This document shows positions 1 to 11,445 of a stretch of DNA of 64,000 bases, piece by piece (the first letter of the stretch is position 1; the number at the start of each line of letters is the position of its first letter). The notes under the pieces were generated by a model. It ran no database searches. It was given only the letters and a program-made list of their open reading frames with translations, and was not told the origin of the DNA. The position numbers and the translations under genes were made by a program. This stretch comes from Octopus vulgaris (Eukaryota): contig OX597833.1 in assembly GCA_951406725.2 (NCBI GenBank), forward strand, positions 54,002,001 to 54,066,000, given 5' to 3'.

Positions 1-116
1 ACTCCGTGTAACAGGTTTTGTTGAATTTCTGCTGCTTTTAAATAAAGCATATTACTCTACCCCTGGTATTTGAGTACTCTTTTTTCCACCTTGTTTCACA
101 TTTATGTGTTTACTCC

Positions 117-151
<35 letters not shown>

Positions 152-153
<2 letters not shown>

Positions 154-296
154 CAGGCTTCTTTCAGTTTCCATCTACCGAATCCACTCACAAAGCTTTG
201 CTCAGCCTGAAGCTAAAGCAGAAGACACTTGTCCAGGGTGCCATGCACTGGGACTGAACCTGGAACCATGTGCTTGAGAAGCAAGCTTCTTCCCAC
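152..296 (-). mobile_element. SINE family A, 5' half (degenerate)
   Basis: Reverse complement matches the A head/core (…ggttccaggttcagtcccagtgcatggcaccctggacaagtgtcttc…gtggattcggtagatggaaactgaaagaagcc). Confidence 0.85.
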
Positions 297-1343
297 TCAT
301 CCATATCTGTACCTATATCATCATCATCCTCATCATCATCATCATCATCATCTCAATGAATCAATCGTAGTAATACCATTCATATATTTTTATTATGTTT
401 TTTATGCTATGCTTAAAGTACCATTCACTGCTGAAAAACTTTTGGGTAATATTGGAATCGCAGTTTACCTAACAACAGTGATCTCCTTTCATCAATACCT
501 TTTGTACAATGATAATTGATTACTTAAGTGTCTGCTTTGTGTGATTCTGTCTAGCCAATTACTGGCATGCTTCACTTTGATATGCCTTGGTCCTTTATGG
601 AACCCTTGTAATTGAAACTCTGTGTGTGTGTGTGTCTGTGTATGTGTGTGTGTGTGTGTTAAATTACATAATGTGTGTGTGTGTGTGTTTGTGTTTGTCC
701 CCCATCAATGAATGACAATAATTGTTGATTTGGTTACGTTCCTGTAACTTAGCTATTCAGAGAGAATAAGCGTCAGGATTTAAAAACGTCTTTGATTTGT
801 TTGTATTCTGATTAGAAATTTCACTTGTTAATTATCTGTTGATTAGTTAACAAGTCATTGTTCACCTGTTCACCCGAGTGCCTGATGAGTTGGGACTTAT
901 GAAAAATTATGCAATTTAACTAATTGTATTATGCTTCAAGACAGTGCTCTAGCACTGAAGCAAGTAGACTAAATGACTGATGGAAGTAAAACACAAAACA
1001 ATCCATAATCCAATGAAGAACCGAGACAAACTATAAAATGCATAATTTACAAAGAATGCTTTATTTAATATTACAAAAATAGGGATTGAGAAAATATTCT
1101 CAAATAAACTATTCTGAAAAAAATCTATTTTTCTATTAGTTTCTTCAATGATCTCACTGAACTTCTCGATTGGAAAGTTACCAAGTGCAAACTGATCAAA
1201 ATGAAAAATCCATAATCCATAGATTGGTTTTAAGTTTACCAAAGATCATTCAATCAACCAAAATATTTGGACAAAATGTGTAGACTATATATATTTAATT
1301 ATGAAGATTTCATTCAAGATTATTTATACTGTGAAACCATAAA

Positions 1344-1542
1344 CATCATCATCATCATCATAACCATCACCGTCACCACCATCATCATCATCATCATCAT
1401 CATCATCACCATCATCATCACCATCATCACCACAATAATCATCATCATCATCATCATCATCACCACCACCATCATCATCACCACCACCACCACCACCATC
1501 ACCACCACCACCACCACCACTACCATCATCATCATCACCATC

Positions 1543-1576
<34 letters not shown>

Positions 1577-1593
1577 TCATCATCACCATCACC

Positions 1594-1627
<34 letters not shown>

Positions 1628-1635
1628 TCATCACC

Positions 1636-1666
<31 letters not shown>

Positions 1667-1731
1667 CCACCACCACCACCACCATCATCATCATCACCAT
1701 CACCACCACCACCACTATCATCCTCATCATC

Positions 1732-1763
<32 letters not shown>

Positions 1764-1823
1764 CACCATCACCATCATCATCATCATCATCATCACCATC
1801 ACCATCACCACCATCACCATCAC

Positions 1824-1867
<44 letters not shown>

Positions 1868-1889
1868 CCATCATCGTCATCACCATCAT
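1344..1889. repeat. Compound (CAT)n/(CAC)n microsatellite
   Basis: Directly visible; source of the poly-I/T, poly-M/V and poly-D/G ORFs. Confidence 0.97.
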
Positions 1890-2438
1890 TTAACATTCAT
1901 TGAGAAATAAGTACTCCGAGGTTGGATGCTTCTGATAAAAACCTATTTTCAATTATTTCTTCGACAGTCTCGCTTATCTTCTGGACTGGCTTGCTACCAA
2001 GTGCAAATTGTCCAAAAAGCAATCCATAATCCTTAGCTGCACTGAATCAAAACTTGAAGTAAAAAGAAATTGATAAAATATATATTAAAGTTGATAATCA
2101 TATTCTAGAAACTTCTCAGAAGAGTAAACACAAATATCAACAATAACATCATTGAATTGATAAAAAAATAAAAGTAATTTAGGCAATATGGTAATTCTGG
2201 CCAAGCGAGTCATGTAATCCGAAAGGAGAATTTATTATTCATGAAAAGATTCATAGGAGAGAATCTTGGGAAAATAGTCGTTTCTGACTATGAGAGATAG
2301 AATGGCCTACATATTTTGCAGAAGTGCAAAGCAAAAAGGCTTTGTGTGTGTGTGAGTGTGTGCATGTGTGTGTGTGTTCATTCATACTAGTAAGTCTGTG
2401 CAGTGTATGGGTTAGCAGAAATGTGACTGTACACATGT

Positions 2439-2557
2439 GGAGGCGCATGGCTTAGTGGTTAGAGTGTCAGCATCATGATCGTAAGATTGTGATTTCGATT
2501 CCTGGACTGGGCGACGCAATGTGTTCTTGAGCAAAATACTTCATTTCACGTTGCTCC
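2439..2557 (+). mobile_element. V-like tRNA-derived SINE (family E), 5' part followed by an A-tract
   Basis: ggcgcatggcttagtggttag (A-box-like), tttcgattcc (B-box-like), tgtgttcttgagcaaaatacttcatttcacgttgctcc; related copies at 37466-37778 and 61780-62080. Confidence 0.8.
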
Positions 2558-2576
2558 AAAAAAAAAAAAAAAATTA

Positions 2577-3549
2577 AGGCAGCGAGCTGGCAGAAACGTT
2601 AGCACGCCAGGCAAAATGCTTAGCGGTATTTTGTCTGCCGCTATGTTCTGAGTTCAAATTCTGCTGAGGTCGACTTTGCCTTTCATCCTTTCGGGGTCGA
2701 TTAAATGAGTACCGGTTACACATTGGGGTCGATATAAACGACTTAATCCATTTGTCTGTCCTTGTTTGTCCTCTCTGTGTTTAACCCCTTGTGGGTAGTA
2801 AAGAAATAGGTATTTTGTCTGCTGCTACGTTCTGAGTTCAAATTCCGCCAAGTTCGACTTTGCCTTTCATCCTTTCGGGGTCGATTAAATAAGTACCAGT
2901 TACACACTGGGGTCGATATAATTGACTTAATCCATTTGTCTATCCTTGTTTGTCCCTTCTGTGTTTAGCCCCCTTGTGGGTAGTAAAGAAATAGGTATTT
3001 CGTCTGCCGCTACATTCTGATTTCAAATTCTGCTGAGGTCGACTTTGCCTTTCATCCTTTCGGGGTCAATTAAATAAGTACGAGTTATGCACTGGGATCG
3101 ATATAATCGACTTAACCCGTTTGTCTGTCCTTGTTTGTCCTCTCTGTGTTTAGCCCCTTGTGGGTAGTAAAGAAATAGGTATTTTGTCTGCCGCTACGTT
3201 CTGAGTTCAAATTCCGCCGAGTTCGACTTTGTCTTTCATCCTTTCGGGGTCGATTAAATAAGTACCAGTTACACACTGGGGTCGATATACTCGACTTAAT
3301 CCATTTGTCTATCCTTGTTTGTCCTCTCTGTGTTTAGCCCCTTGTGGGTAGTAAAGAAATAGGTATTTCGTCTGTCGCTACATTCTGATTTCAAATTCTG
3401 CTGAGGTCGACTTTGCCTTTCATCCTTTCGGGGTCAATTAAATAAGTACGAGTTATGCACTGGGATCGATATAATCGACTTAATCCGTTTGTCTGTCCTT
3501 GTTTGTACCCTCTGTGTATTGCCCCTTGTGGGCAGTAAAGAAATAAGAA
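2577..3549 (+). mobile_element. SINE family B (Meta-domain-like): one head plus five tandem ~183-bp bodies
   Basis: Head ggcagcgagctggcagaaacgttagc occurs once. The body ggtatt…gttcaaattc…gcctttcatcctttcggggtcga…aagtaccag…gtaaagaaata occurs five times. The gcctttcatcctt…ggtcgat…gtacc stretch resembles the Meta/MESC SINE central domain. Confidence 0.92.
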
Positions 3550-4259
3550 ATGTGACTGTACAAACTGGGTGTGCATCTGCACAGGCAAGTCTGAACAAAT
3601 GAATTACCCATCCATACAAGTGAATATGTATAGACAGCATGCATACATGTCGTATAAATGGAGTTTGTGTACGTAGAAATGAGTCTGAAAAAAAAAACTG
3701 CATACGTACTTTGAGTGCAAGTATCAAAATGGAATGTTTACTTGGTAGAAGTATTTAGCAAGAAAGGCTTTCTGAGTGTGTGTGTGTGTGTGAGCATCCA
3801 TAAAAGTGAGTCTATGTAGAGTGTTTTAATACAAATAATTCTGTATAGCTGAGTGTACCCATATACAAGTGAATCCGTACAAATTACTTGTCTGTCCATG
3901 CAAGTGAATATGTATAAGTTGTGTGCACTCATAAAAGTAAAACTGTATGAATGGAATTCATGCCTAGAGAAGTGAGTCTGTATAAGCTGTGTGCTTTGAA
4001 CATGTATTCATATGTGATATGATAATCAATCTAATACATCATGCCCGCATTATGAAAGCACATTCAAAAGTAAAGAAAATGGGTTATCTGCTTTGGAATG
4101 CCAGAGAAAGTAATGTAAAGATAATCACTCATTAGCTGAGAGATTAAAATGGACATTACAGCTATCCAGTAAATTATGTGCACAACCAAAATACTTATGT
4201 AGCATAGTTTGTAATGTAACAATGATGATGATGATCATCTTGATCATCCTCCTCCTCAT

Positions 4260-4512
4260 CATCGTCATTCAACATCTGCTTTCCATGCTGGCATGGGTTG
4301 GAGAGTTTGAGAGGAGCTGGCCAGGCAGGAGCCAACACCATACTTCTGTGTCTGTTTTTGCATGTTTTTTTTTACGGCTGGATGCCCTTCCTAACACCAA
4401 CCACCCCACAGAGTGGACTGAGTGCTTTTTTTATGTGGCACCAGCACAGGTGAGGTCAGTTTTGACATAGTTTTTTTTTAAACAGGTGGATGCCCTTCCA
4501 AATGCCAACCAC
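4260..4512 (-). mobile_element. RTE-related 3' end (family C), degenerate
   Basis: ctttccatgctggcatgggttgg and ctggatgcccttcctaacaccaaccac are the reverse complement of the C tail. Confidence 0.7.
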
Positions 4513-4639
4513 TTTGGGACTACAAGCTACAGTAGCATCCACCCTTAAGGGTTAGCCAAATTTAAGTGCCATATATACTTCATGATGTAGTGCAGCTACT
4601 GTTTATACCTCGCTCAGAGATTTATTATTACTTATTTCA

Positions 4640-4850
4640 TCTTTTCCCAGTTCCACTCAGCTGTTGAAATGAGTTGTGATGTCACTGGTGCCAAGCTGTA
4701 TCGGCCCCTTTGCCTTTCCTTTGGATAACAACAGTAGCATGGAAAGGGTAGGCTGATATGCATGAGCAAACTTACCCGGACTTGTGCCTCAGAGGGTAAC
4801 TTTCTTGGAGCAATCCCATGGTCATTCATGACCAAAGGGGCTTTTTACCC
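4640..4850 (+). mobile_element. SINE family F, partial
   Basis: gatgtcactggtgccaagctgtatcggcc…gcaatcccatggtcattcatgacc; homologous to 38690-38910 (+) and 24160-24305 (-). Confidence 0.7.
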
Positions 4851-4917
4851 ATTTTTTTCTTCTATAGGGCTCAAAAAAAGGCATCTAGTAAAGAATAAAA
4901 ATAAATAAATACACATA

Positions 4918-5335
4918 GGCGCAGGAGTGGCTGTGTGGTAAGTAGCTTGTTAACCAACCACATGGTTCCAGGTTCAGTCCCACTGTGTGGTATCTTTGGC
5001 AAGTGTCTTCTGCTATAGCCCCGGGCCGACCAATGCCTTGTGAGTGGATTTGGTAGACGGAAACTGAAAGAAGCCTGTCGTATATATGTGTATATATATA
5101 TAAGTGTGTGTGTATATGTTTGTGTGTCTGTGTTTGTCCCCCCCTAGCATTGCTTGACAACCGATGCTGGTGTGTTTACGTCCCCATCACTCACTTAGCG
5201 GTTCGGCAAAAGAGACCGATAGAATAAGTACTGGGCTTACAAAGAATAAGTCCCGGGGTCGGTTTGCTCGACTAAAGGCGGTGCTCCAGCATGGCCGCAG
5301 TCAAATGACTGAAACAAGTAAAAGAGTAAAAATGA
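4918..5335 (+). mobile_element. SINE family A, full length
   Basis: tRNA-like head ggcgcaggagtggctgtgtggtaag…ggttcagtccc, CORE-like (c)ttgggcaagt region, internal (TA)/(TG) tract, tail gactgaaacaagtaaaagag. Confidence 0.93.
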
Positions 5336-5403
5336 GTATAGGTGCAGGTGTGGCTGTGGGATTAACCCTCAGGTGGTGTGCTGGGGTACCTTATACCTCA
5401 GGT

Positions 5404-5560
5404 GATACATTATTTACATTATTTATATTTGACAGATATTTGTCCTCATCTTGTTTGTTGCTAACACAACATTTCAGCTGATATACCCTCCAGCCTTCAT
5501 CAGGTGTCCTGGGGAAATTTCGAAACTAGGTTCTCCTTCCTAAGGTATTTTTCAATGTTA
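5404..5560 (-). mobile_element. Penelope-like pseudo-LTR fragment containing a hammerhead motif
   Basis: Homologous to 6177-6302 (+) and 53395-53530 (+); carries gacac-CTGATGA-a-ggctg…cagct-GAAA-tg-tt-gtgtt. Confidence 0.7.
5463..5508 (-). ncRNA. Minimal type I hammerhead ribozyme motif (Penelope-associated)
   Basis: Stem I gacac/gtgtt, CUGAUGA core, stem II ggctg/cagct, GAAA; stem III CG has decayed to TG. Confidence 0.7.
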
Positions 5561-5610
5561 TTATTATTATTATTATTATTATTATCATTATTATTATTAT
5601 TATTATAATC

Positions 5611-5642
<32 letters not shown>

Positions 5643-5681
5643 TATTATTGTTATTATTATTATCATTATTATCATTATCAT

Positions 5682-6122
5682 TGAGTGAGAGAGCACTTCA
5701 TGCCATCAAAGTGACACTGGGGTAAAATATACGAAGCCCAATATACCCATAATGACTACCCGTCTGATAAAGGTACAACCATATGTGCGCGACATGGTGA
5801 TCTCATATCAAGATAAACAGCACATGACCTTGCAGGTGGGGCCCAGTTAGAATTTTCTTCAGGTTGAGTAGCCCATCCCGCTCAAACGGTCCCTGAATAA
5901 GGGTTGTTTAAGGATGTTGAAAGAACCACCCATGTTTCCAGAGGTGAACTATTCAAACCCCAAAGAATCCCTCTCAACACATGGCTATGATGCTCCCCCA
6001 CTACTTCTGCTCGTGATCAGAGATGCACATATCGTCAGCCACTAAGGGACATGCTCAACTGGTTAAGGTCAAACAACTGACAAGCAAATCTGTGGTATTG
6101 AGCAGAATATTTGCTGTAGCCC
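5682..6122. mobile_element. Unclassified interspersed repeat (family D) abutting (ATT)n
   Basis: Its end (gtggtattgagcagaatatttgc) recurs at 52565 and continues to 52692, where it again abuts (ATT)n; aggtcaaacaactgaca recurs at 55861. Confidence 0.55.
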
Positions 6123-6193
6123 AATCGAACTTGGAATCTTGGGGTTAGTAGCCCGTGCTCTTAACCACTATGCCAGGTTTGAAATTTTCCCAC

Positions 6194-6236
6194 GACACCT
6201 GATGAAGGCTGGAGGGTATATCAGCCGAAACGTGTT
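6194..6236 (+). ncRNA. Minimal hammerhead ribozyme motif, small deletion near the cleavage site
   Basis: gacac CTGATGA a ggctg gagggtatat cagcc GAAA cgtgtt. Confidence 0.65.
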
Positions 6237-6301
6237 AACGACAAACAAAATGAGGACAAATATCCGTCAAATGTAAATAATGTAAACAATGTAAATAATG
6301 T

Positions 6302-6519
6302 ACTCAGTTGCAGTTGATTTGAAGTCATTGAAAAGATAAAGGAGGCTGTGACAAGGGTCCTTGACACCTTCACTTTGAGGACTTCCATGGGGCCTTCATG
6401 AAGTTGCTGGATCCCTACAACAAACACATTGAAGTCAAAGGATTTGTGTTTTGCATGTCTTACAAATTAATAAATCTCTTGCCTGATAAAGTCTAAAAAC
6501 TTCTGGAATGCACCTTGTA
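6302..6519 (+). mobile_element. Mariner transposon 3' relic (transposase C-terminus plus TIR)
   Basis: Translates FEVIEKIKEAVTRVLDTFTLEDFHGAFMKLLDPYNKHIEVKG, like a mariner C-terminus; ends aaacttctggaatgcaccttg-TA. Confidence 0.75.
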
Positions 6520-6952
6520 TTTCAGAAATCGTTATTATTTGTTATTTGTGCGTGCAGAACTTTTAGCAGTGTATGTAATCTCATTATTTTATTCTGCATG
6601 CTATTTAGATTAATTAATTAAAATACTAATCAAAAATACTAGTATGCTAAACAGGTAGTTCCCACCAAACCACCCTTTCCTTTACCGATGTCAGAAACTA
6701 GTAGAATGAACTGTAAAAAATATAATAAATTAAGATATAAAAAAGAAAAAAACAAAACAAGAAAGAAATTAAATAAAATACTAATTGACTTTATGACTTT
6801 GTTTAAACATTGTGCTAAAAATAGTTATCACGTCTTACTAAATTTGAATACACCCATACAAACAAACAAATATACATACATAGATTCTCTCTCTCTCTCT
6901 CACACACACACACAGACATACACACACACACATTTATACACACACACACATT

Positions 6953-7006
<54 letters not shown>

Positions 7007-7017
7007 GATAGATATAG

Positions 7018-7060
<43 letters not shown>

Positions 7061-7358
7061 TATATATGCACACACACACATATATATATACATACTAATA
7101 CATACTCACACACAGGCACACTGAATACATGTATGTGGGTATATATGCGTATTCATACATACATATATCTGTGTGTGTGTGTGTGTATACACACACATAT
7201 GTTTATATACATAAACATATGTGTATGTCTTACTAAATCTGAATACATACATATATACTGTAAATAAAAATATATGTGTATGTATATGTATACACATGCA
7301 CACACACATACACACACACACATACACACACACACACATACACACACACATAGACACA

Positions 7359-7587
7359 CAAGGGAATGGTGAAAAGTTCCTGGCTTTTGGTAAAAGACAA
7401 AAGAAGAGGATCAGAGATTTTATTCAACATATTGAATAATGATGATGATATTCCCCTCTCAGATTCACACACTTATTATAGCGCACCTTTAATCTTTCTA
7501 AGTCTTGTAAAAGAACCCGGAAGATTGGGCCTCCAAACAGTCCTTTTGCAATAACCTTAAAACCAGGAACTTTTTAGCACTCTCTTG
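7359..7587. mobile_element. Mariner-derived MITE (~225 bp)
   Basis: TIRs gaaaagttcctggcttt / aaaaccaggaactttt; antisense NKCVNLRGEY-like relic; second copy at 16979-17192. Confidence 0.8.
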
Positions 7588-7744
7588 GGCAGAAGTGGCT
7601 GTGTGGTAAGTAGCTTGCTTACCAACCACATGGTTCCAGGTTCAGCCCCACTGCGTGGCACCTTGGGCAAGTGTCTTCTACTATAGCCTCGGGCCGACCA
7701 AAGCTTTGTGAGTGGATTTAGTAGACAAAAACTAAAAGAAGCCC

Positions 7745-7837
<93 letters not shown>

Positions 7838-8055
7838 ATGTTTGTGTGTCTGTCTTTGCCCCCCCCCCCACCTCAACATTGCTTGATAACCAATGCTGGT
7901 GTGTTTACGTCCCCGTCACTTAGCGGTTCAGCAAGAGAGCTTGATAGAATAAGTACTAGGCTTACAAAGAATAATTCCTGGGGCCAATTTGCTTGACCAA
8001 AGGCGGTGCTCCAGCATGGCCGCAGTCAGATGACTGAAACAAATAAAAGAATAAG
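7587..8055 (+). mobile_element. SINE family A, full length with expanded internal (TA)n
   Basis: Head, core and tail all match the other A copies. Confidence 0.92.
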
Positions 8056-8307
8056 ATAACAAAAAAAATGTATGTATGTTATATACATGAATACACACAC
8101 ACACACACACACACACACATGTGTGTGTATGCATGTATATATATTTTTTATGCAGTTCAGCCCAAAGGCCGTGACCTAAGTGTGTACTTGTGTGTGTTAC
8201 TAAATCTGTGATCTTAATTGCTTCTCAATCTTGGTTGTGCCATGGCAAGAAGCAATGACTGAATGCATCAGATATCAACCTGGCATAGCATCAGGTACCA
8301 AAGACGG

Positions 8308-9017
8308 CTGTGTGTGTGTGACTGTGGATGTGTGTGTTTGTGTGCATGTGTGTGCACACATATGTGTACATGTGTGTGTGTGAGAGGCTGTGTATATGTT
8401 TGTGTGTGCATGTATGTGTGTGTGTGACTATTTATGTGTGTGTATGTCTGAGACTGTGTGTGTGTTTGTATGGTTGTGTGTGTATGTGTGTGTGTGTACA
8501 TGTGTATGTGTGTATGTGCATGTGTGTGTGTATGTCTGAGACTGTGTGTGTTTGTATGTGTGTGTGTGTGTGTATGTGTGTGTATGTGTGTGTGAGTGTG
8601 AGAGTCTGTGTATGTGTGTGTTGCCAACACAACCACCTGCACCACCACCACCAGCACCAGCACCACCACCTGCACCACCACCACCAGCATCTACACCGCC
8701 AAAACCACCACCACTACCACCTGCACAACCAGCACCACCACCACCATCGTCGCTACCACCGACACCACTACTGTCACCACCACCAGCACCACCAGCACCA
8801 CCAGCACCACCACCACAACTACCACCACCACCACCACCCCCACCACTACCACCATCGCCACCGCCACCACCACCACCACCATCTGCACCACCACCACCGT
8901 CACCATACCACCAACACCGCTGCTGCCGCCACCACCACCGCCACCATTGCCACCTCTATCACCACTGCCATCATCACCACTGTCACCACCACCACCACCA
9001 CCACCACCACCACCACC
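8308..9017. repeat. Degenerate (TG)n followed by degenerate (CCA)n
   Basis: Directly visible low-complexity tracts. Confidence 0.92.
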
Positions 9018-9495
9018 TTGTTTGCTTCTTTTTTCTTTCTGTTTCTTTTTCTTTCTTTCTTTTTTTTTTTGGTCTGTTCTTGTTGCAGTTATATGTGTTT
9101 AGTGCAATTTGCCCTCTGTATTGGAATAAACACAAATATAATCTATCCAACATTCAACAAATTGAATTCTTCCACTTGAAAACCCATTATCAAGAGATGC
9201 CAGTAACAGACAGTTAACCGGTTCCATTAATAAAATCTAACAATGACATGAAAATAGCAATCAAGTAACACAATCTAAAGCTGGCTGAGTGCTGCTATGT
9301 TGGCACTCAACTCAACTTCATGTGAAAGTCATACGTTGTAAACGGTTGTCCTCACTTTCGTAGTACCCCGGTTACCAACCGCTCATTGTGTTTAGAACTA
9401 CTATGTTCAGCTTGTTAAACTAGTGAACTTCATAGAGCAAGTGCTGGGATTGTGACAGTGAGGGGTTGGTGGTGGAACGGTATAAGCTACGAACA

Positions 9496-9911
9496 AGGTG
9501 GCGAGCTGGCAGAAACGTTAGCACCCCGGGCGAAATGCGTAGCTATATTTCGTCTGCCGTAACATTCTAAGTTCAAATTTCACCGAGGTCAACTTTGCTT
9601 TTCATCCTTTCGGGGTCGATGAATTAAGTACCAGTTATGCACTGGGGTCGATATAATCGACTTAATCCATTTGTCTGTCCTTGTTTGTCCTCTCTGTGTT
9701 TAGCCCCTTGTGGGTAGTAAAGAAATAGGTATTTTGTCTGCCGTAACATTCTGAGTTCAAATTCTGCCGAGGTCGACTTTGCCTTTCATCCTTTCGGGGC
9801 CAATAAATTAAGTACCAGTTATGCACTGGGGTCGATGTAATTGACTTAATACCTATGTCTGTCCTTGTTTGTCCCCTCTATGTTTAGCCCCTTGTGGGTA
9901 ATAAAGAAATA
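9496..9911 (+). mobile_element. SINE family B dimer with 17-bp TSD
   Basis: Head plus two bodies; TSD ggtataagctacgaaca at 9479-9495 and 9912-9928. Confidence 0.95.
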
Positions 9912-10112
9912 GGTATAAGCTACGAACACAAGATCTTCAGACAATGAGGATGCCTCTGTTGCAGTAGGTCATCCTTGTTAGAAATGGCAGCTAAAAAGTT
10001 TCAGGCTCGATCCCACTGTGTAGTACCTTGGGCAAATGTCTTCAACTATAGCTCGGGGCCAACCAAAGCCTCATGAGTGAATTTGGTAGACAGAAGCTGG
10101 TATATATATATA

Positions 10113-10522
10113 TCTATAATATAAATTGGACATGGGCGATCGTTGTATTCTTTCTTGTCTTGAGGTTCACAGCCAAACGGCTGGGTGGATTTGCATGAAA
10201 AATGGCACACATGTGAAGACGGGTGCATAGATTGGAATGCAGTTTGTATTTTTTTCCTAACCCCCATACTTACTGAGAAAATTGATTAAAACTTTTTCTA
10301 ATGGAATTTCCCTCTTTCTTCTGCCATTAAAACAACCAGTTGCTTAGGAGCTGTTTTCTAATGGGGTGGGATCAGGAAATTTTCATATAGCTGGAGGCTC
10401 CAATTGAAACATGGGACCCAAAATGATAAGGTTGACAAATGCTGCTATAGATTATGCCTAACTGAAAATGATCACAGCCACATCATCCAAACAGACTGGG
10501 TGAATCCGGGCTTAGCTGCTAG
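10113..10522 (+). mobile_element. Non-autonomous Helitron
   Basis: Starts A|TCtataatataaa; internal aacggctgggtggatttgcatgaaaaatggcacac; subterminal hairpin ctgggtgaatccgg; ends CTAG|T. Confidence 0.75.
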
Positions 10523-10537
10523 TATATATATATATAT

Positions 10538-10832
10538 TGTTTGTTCCTTCTCGAGCCATGCTTGGCTCATAAGGGCTGGTTTCCTGGTTTCCTTGGTGTA
10601 TAGATTCCTCACCTGGATGGGATGCTGGTCCGTTGCAGGTGAGCTACAAGATGCAGGAGGAAGGAGTGAGAGAAAGTTGTAGTGAAAGAGTCAGCAGAAG
10701 TTCACCATTACCTTCTGCCGGAGCCATGTGGAGCTTAGGTGTTTTACTCATAAACACATATATCCCCCGGTCTGAGATTCGAACCTGTGATCCCTTGACG
10801 GCGAGTTCGCTGCCCTAACCACTAGGCCATGT
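10538..10832 (-). mobile_element. V-like tRNA-derived SINE (family G)
   Basis: Minus strand: tggcctagtggttagg (A box), ggttcgaatc (B box), ctgcaacggaccagcatcccatccagg (V-domain-like). Related relic at 24690-24880. Confidence 0.75.
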
Positions 10833-11024
10833 GGTTTAGTCTGGAGAGGGATAGGCTCTGCCAGGCTTTCTCACCCTAGATATGCTGCAGGGCTGCAGTG
10901 TCCCAATGACCACCCCCTTGGGATTAAAGGACTTGTTAATTAACTGAGCTGGTGTTTGGCAAAAATTAACATGAAATTCCAATGGAAAGTACTAATTTAG
11001 ATCACCGACAGAAAGCAATATAAT

Positions 11025-11240
11025 TTGGTCCCATCTGACTATCATCTGTTCCCCAACGATTGGCTGGGAACCAGTATCGCAGTAATGATCATGTCGTATC
11101 TGTTATTGAAGAGATTTTTGAGCAACAGGATGAAAGTATCTTCAGCAATGGAATCCAAACAATGCAATACCAATGGAAAAAGTGTGGGGACTGCAAAGGG
11201 GACTACGTTAAAAAATAAACCTCATTTGGTTACATTCAAT
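11025..11240 (+). pseudogene. Mariner transposase C-terminal relic
   Basis: LVPSDYHLFP…(frameshift) LAGNQYRSNDHVVSVIEEIFEQQDESIFSNGIQTMQYQWKKCGDCKGDYVKK* resembles the mariner DLAPSDYHLF…W.KC…GDYVEK signature. Confidence 0.85.
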
Positions 11241-11246
11241 GAGTTC

Positions 11247-11392
11247 AGCTTGCTTACCAGCCACATAGTTCTGGGTTCAGTCCCACTGCATGGCACCTTG
11301 GGTAAGTGTCTTCTGCTATAGCCTTGGGCTGACTGACCAAAGCCTTGTGAGTGGATTTGGTAGATGGAAACTGAAAGAAGCCCATCGTATAG

Positions 11393-11445
<53 letters not shown>

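Noticed and set aside
1267-1896. Poly-I/T, poly-M/V and poly-D/G ORFs
   Set aside because: Translations of a (CAY)n microsatellite, open in several frames, with no unique coding flanks.
8546-9217. Proline-rich ORF resembling a formin FH1 or extensin
   Set aside because: Degenerate (CCA)n between (TG)n and a T-tract; open in all frames; no adjacent domain or coherent splice pair.
9089-9217. Strong plus-strand acceptor (T-tract…ttgcag) as a possible exon
   Set aside because: Downstream peptides are unrecognisable and the donor is weak; cannot be supported.
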